The translations under genes and the position numbers were made by a program. A stretch of 63,307 nucleotides of DNA, filler included, from Klebsormidium nitens (taxonomy: Eukaryota > Plantae > Klebsormidiophyceae): the NCBI GenBank assembly GCA_000708835.1. It is 5 parts of 5 records of this genome, joined end to end, with 100 filler letters (N's around TTAATTAATTAA, not from the genome) between each part and the next. Parts side by side here need not be neighbours in the genome. Positions count along the whole stretch, not along the records: positions 49,986 to 63,307 come from DF237787.1; 4 more parts are not named here. One strand, given 5' to 3'. The notes under the pieces are model-generated. The model did no database searches, was not told the origin of the DNA, and worked only from the letters and a program-made list of their open reading frames with translations. Shown piece by piece: positions 60,970 through 63,307 of the stretch (within the stretch, counting starts at the first letter, position 1; each line of letters opens with the position of its first letter).

Positions 60970-61242
60970 ATGGCGAAGTGTGGCGCGAAGACCGCATCCG
61001 GTAAAACCTGTCGTAGGACGGTGTCCTCCGGTCACAAGTGCTGCTATCAACACAAGCGGACCAAGTCCGGCAAAAGAGCGGTGCCGAAAAGAATGACCAT
61101 GAGAGCCCACCCTGCCAACGCCGACCGCATCCATCAGCTGACCGAGAAGCTGCTGAGAAAGGGTCTCACCAGAGTGGAGATGAAGGAGCTGAAGCGGCGC
61201 GTGAGATCTAGGGACGAGATGATGAGATCGTTCTGGCTCTGA
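60970..61242 (+). CDS. Small basic protein with CCCH zinc-finger motif (DUF5763-like)
   Basis: CGAKTASGKTCRRTVSSGHKCCYQH, followed by a Lys/Arg-rich helix. Confidence 0.6.
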   Translation: MAKCGAKTASGKTCRRTVSSGHKCCYQHKRTKSGKRAVPKRMTMRAHPANADRIHQLTEKLLRKGLTRVEMKELKRRVRSRDEMMRSFWL

Positions 61243-61305
61243 AACCCGACTCGTACCATATGGGCCCTCGCCTATCCCTGCGCCATCATGTCGCAAACCA
61301 TATGC

Positions 61306-63262
61306 CTATCCCGACCTGGTTTGAAGGTCTGAGGCATCGGGTCTAGGGGTTCTATCCCGCGGCGAAAGAAAAGGGGGATCATGCGATGCGTCATCCTGCA
61401 CGAATTTTATCTTGGTCACCCCATCTGCCAACAGTTCTAGCTCGGCGAGAGCCTTCATGACGGTAAGCATGAGCCGGTTCTTATTTGCCAGTCTGACGTC
61501 GACTTGCTGAAAGTTTGTGCGATGCGACACGAGAAAAGTCATTTGTATCTTTTCATTATCAAACTGCTTCATGTTCAACGTCACCTTTGGGTACCACTGC
61601 TCAGGGTTCGCTTGTAGGAAGCGCAAGATGCACGCTCTCATCTCTTCGATTTTCTTCTGAGGGGTGCCCCAGCCCAGCGCCAGATCGATGAGCTCGATCT
61701 GATCGGGGGACCTGTAGTAATTGCTGATAACTTTCAGAGCCAGTTGATTGTTGCTGTAGTATACCTTGCTGTTGTCCGCTGCTAGGAGGATCGTGGACAG
61801 CAGCTGCATCTCTTCCACCACGTACGTTTGCCCGTCCACCCGGATGATATCCGAAACGTCAAAGGGATGCGTTACGAAGAGGAAGATTATGGATTCGAAG
61901 ACGGTCTTGCAGGTGTTGCCAAAGACGAATAGGGAGGCCAGGAAGGATCCCGACGTTACTACGAGCAGCTTCTGCACGTTGACGTCGAGCACGAAGAGGC
62001 ACATCAGGACGACGATAACTCCCACCACCCAATCCAACAGCCTGCCGAGGGATCTTATCGCAGTCTTCGTATCGCTCAGCGTCAGAGCCAATGCCTTCCG
62101 CTCACGCACCACGTTGATGAGCCAGTTCTCGAACGATTCGCACGTCACCACGCCCTCCTCGCTCTCGAAAGCCTAGAAAGCCCGCTCGGCGTCGCTTTCC
62201 TCCAAGAAATGGAACAGGATGAATCACCATATGATGTCTCCCCTCTGGTACCACGTTCTTGAAGATGTCCCTCGCGGCGTCCCGTCCGTGCTCCTCGCTC
62301 CGGACGTCCCTCTGCTGCTGCGTGGAGATGGTCGTGATCTTGGTGCTGCGCACGAAGCGCATGATGCTCTGGAACGTCCGAACGCCGAGTTGCCCCTGAG
62401 AGAGCGTAGCCAGGATTCCCACCTCCTCCTGGGGTTCGCCGCGTATGCCGGTCGTCGCCGAGCTGGAAGATCTATTGAGCATGTAAGCAGGTATGGAGAG
62501 TCGTTCTATGACGTAGTGGTCGAACATGGCGTCCCTAATCCTCTCGAAGTAGGCCTTTCGGTGGAAGGCGTTCGCGAGGATCTTGATGAATATCATTTTT
62601 CCCGCCATCACGAGGGTGGCGATCTGAGTGCACACTAGTATCTGATTCACCTTTACCGGTATCTTGCCCACGATCTTCCTTCTCCCGTTGAAGAGGACCG
62701 TCCAGACGCACAGGACTTGCAGGCACCAGATCACGTTCCAGGCGGACCTCCGCACCCCGTAAGCAACGTACAGTATCTTTCCGTTGTCCTTGAAGATCAT
62801 CTGGAGTAAGAAGATCATCGTGTACACCAGAACCCTTCCTATGAGCCTGCCCGAGAGCAGGGTCAGGAGCAGGACGGTCCACTTCCAGACCTCCAGCTCC
62901 GCGATGGTGTACCTCGAGAAGAAGAGCAGGGAGATCACGATCTGCGCTACCAAGTAGGCACCCAGCGTCACCTGCCCATATGCGAGCAATCTCCTCGAGA
63001 GACGGGTCTCGCGTACCGTGGAGGGGGCCCGAGGATCCTCCTCGTCCTCCTCGCCCTCTTCCTCCTCCGAGAGGGCTCCCAATATCGACGTCTTTGGTAC
63101 CTCGCCGGTCTTTATGGCGTCCAAGACCGCCGAGTGTGGTACGTTGTGCATGTTCCCCTGCAGCGGTCCGCTCACCAAAACCGTGGGTTCGAAGTCCCGA
63201 GACTTGGTCATCGACGCCCGCCGCCCGAATTTCAGGGAAGCGCTTCGCTTGTAGTCCTGCAT
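61306..63262 (-). pseudogene. Intronless plant-type MscS-like (MSL4-10 class) mechanosensitive channel, disrupted
   Basis: LEVWKWTVLLLTLLSGRLI, ILYVAYGVR..VIW, KILANAFHRKAYFERIRDAMF, FVFGNTCKTVFESIIFLFVTHPFDVSD, SNYYRSPD, WYP. Frame break at ~62218 and in-frame TAG at 62175-62173. Confidence 0.9.
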
Positions 63263-63307
63263 CTCCTCATTTTCCACCAGAATATTATCACGGGAATTAG
63301 CATAACC

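Larger units (their letters stand above)
49986..63307. mobile_element. Giant-virus-like (NCLDV-like) gene-dense segment, endogenous element or co-assembled virus
   Basis: Seven intronless, tightly packed genes (two convergent stops 2 nt apart), in contrast to the intron-rich host contigs. Gene set is S74 fibre, BRO-N, glycan enzymes, metallophosphoesterase and CCCH finger. No capsid, PolB or A32 gene is in the window. Confidence 0.7.

Noticed and set aside
39450-63307. Treating the primase-helicase and the fibre contig as one viral element
   Set aside because: They are separated by two artificial spacers and a retroelement contig, and one is spliced while the other is intronless. Linkage is unsupported.
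1-63307. rRNA or tRNA genes
   Set aside because: None recognised by eye. The only tRNA-related sequence is the PBS at 3326-3336; tRNAscan-SE or Infernal would be needed to exclude small RNAs.

Overview
This is eukaryotic nuclear DNA, probably from a streptophyte green alga of the Klebsormidium type. That assignment is an inference from the intron-rich GC-rich genes, an AHK1/CKI1-type histidine kinase, an SKIP22/FBXO7-type F-box gene and AAACCCTA telo-boxes. The window is five contigs joined by identical 100-nt artificial spacers (44 N + TTAATTAATTAA + 44 N), so adjacency across spacers is not established. Contig 1 (1-6704) holds nested, decayed Ty3/gypsy LTR retrotransposons. One has a degenerate Dam-like adenine-methylase domain between gag and protease. 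Another has an extra ORF and twin hairpins in its leader. Contig 2 (6805-27637) holds host genes: a ThrE-family exporter lying tail-to-tail with L-threonine 3-dehydrogenase, an F-box/PI31 gene, and a five-exon gene reconstructed as transit peptide-LysM-LysM-TM-linker-FIST_N. Contig 3 (27738-42810) holds an AHK1-like hybrid histidine kinase next to a virus/plasmid-type Prim-Pol + D5 (SF3) primase-helicase gene interrupted by in-frame spliceosomal introns. Contig 4 (42911-49885) holds decayed DIRS/Ngaro-like and Copia elements. Contig 5 (49986-63307) is compact, intronless and giant-virus-like. It encodes a >2500-aa modular fibre with a C-terminal S74 chaperone, a GH130/BMT-like propeller, a BRO-N fragment, a NodZ-like fucosyltransferase, a metallophosphoesterase, a small CCCH zinc-finger protein and an intronless, inactivated plant-type MSL mechanosensitive channel. 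All domain calls come from reading motifs by eye; no database searches were run.
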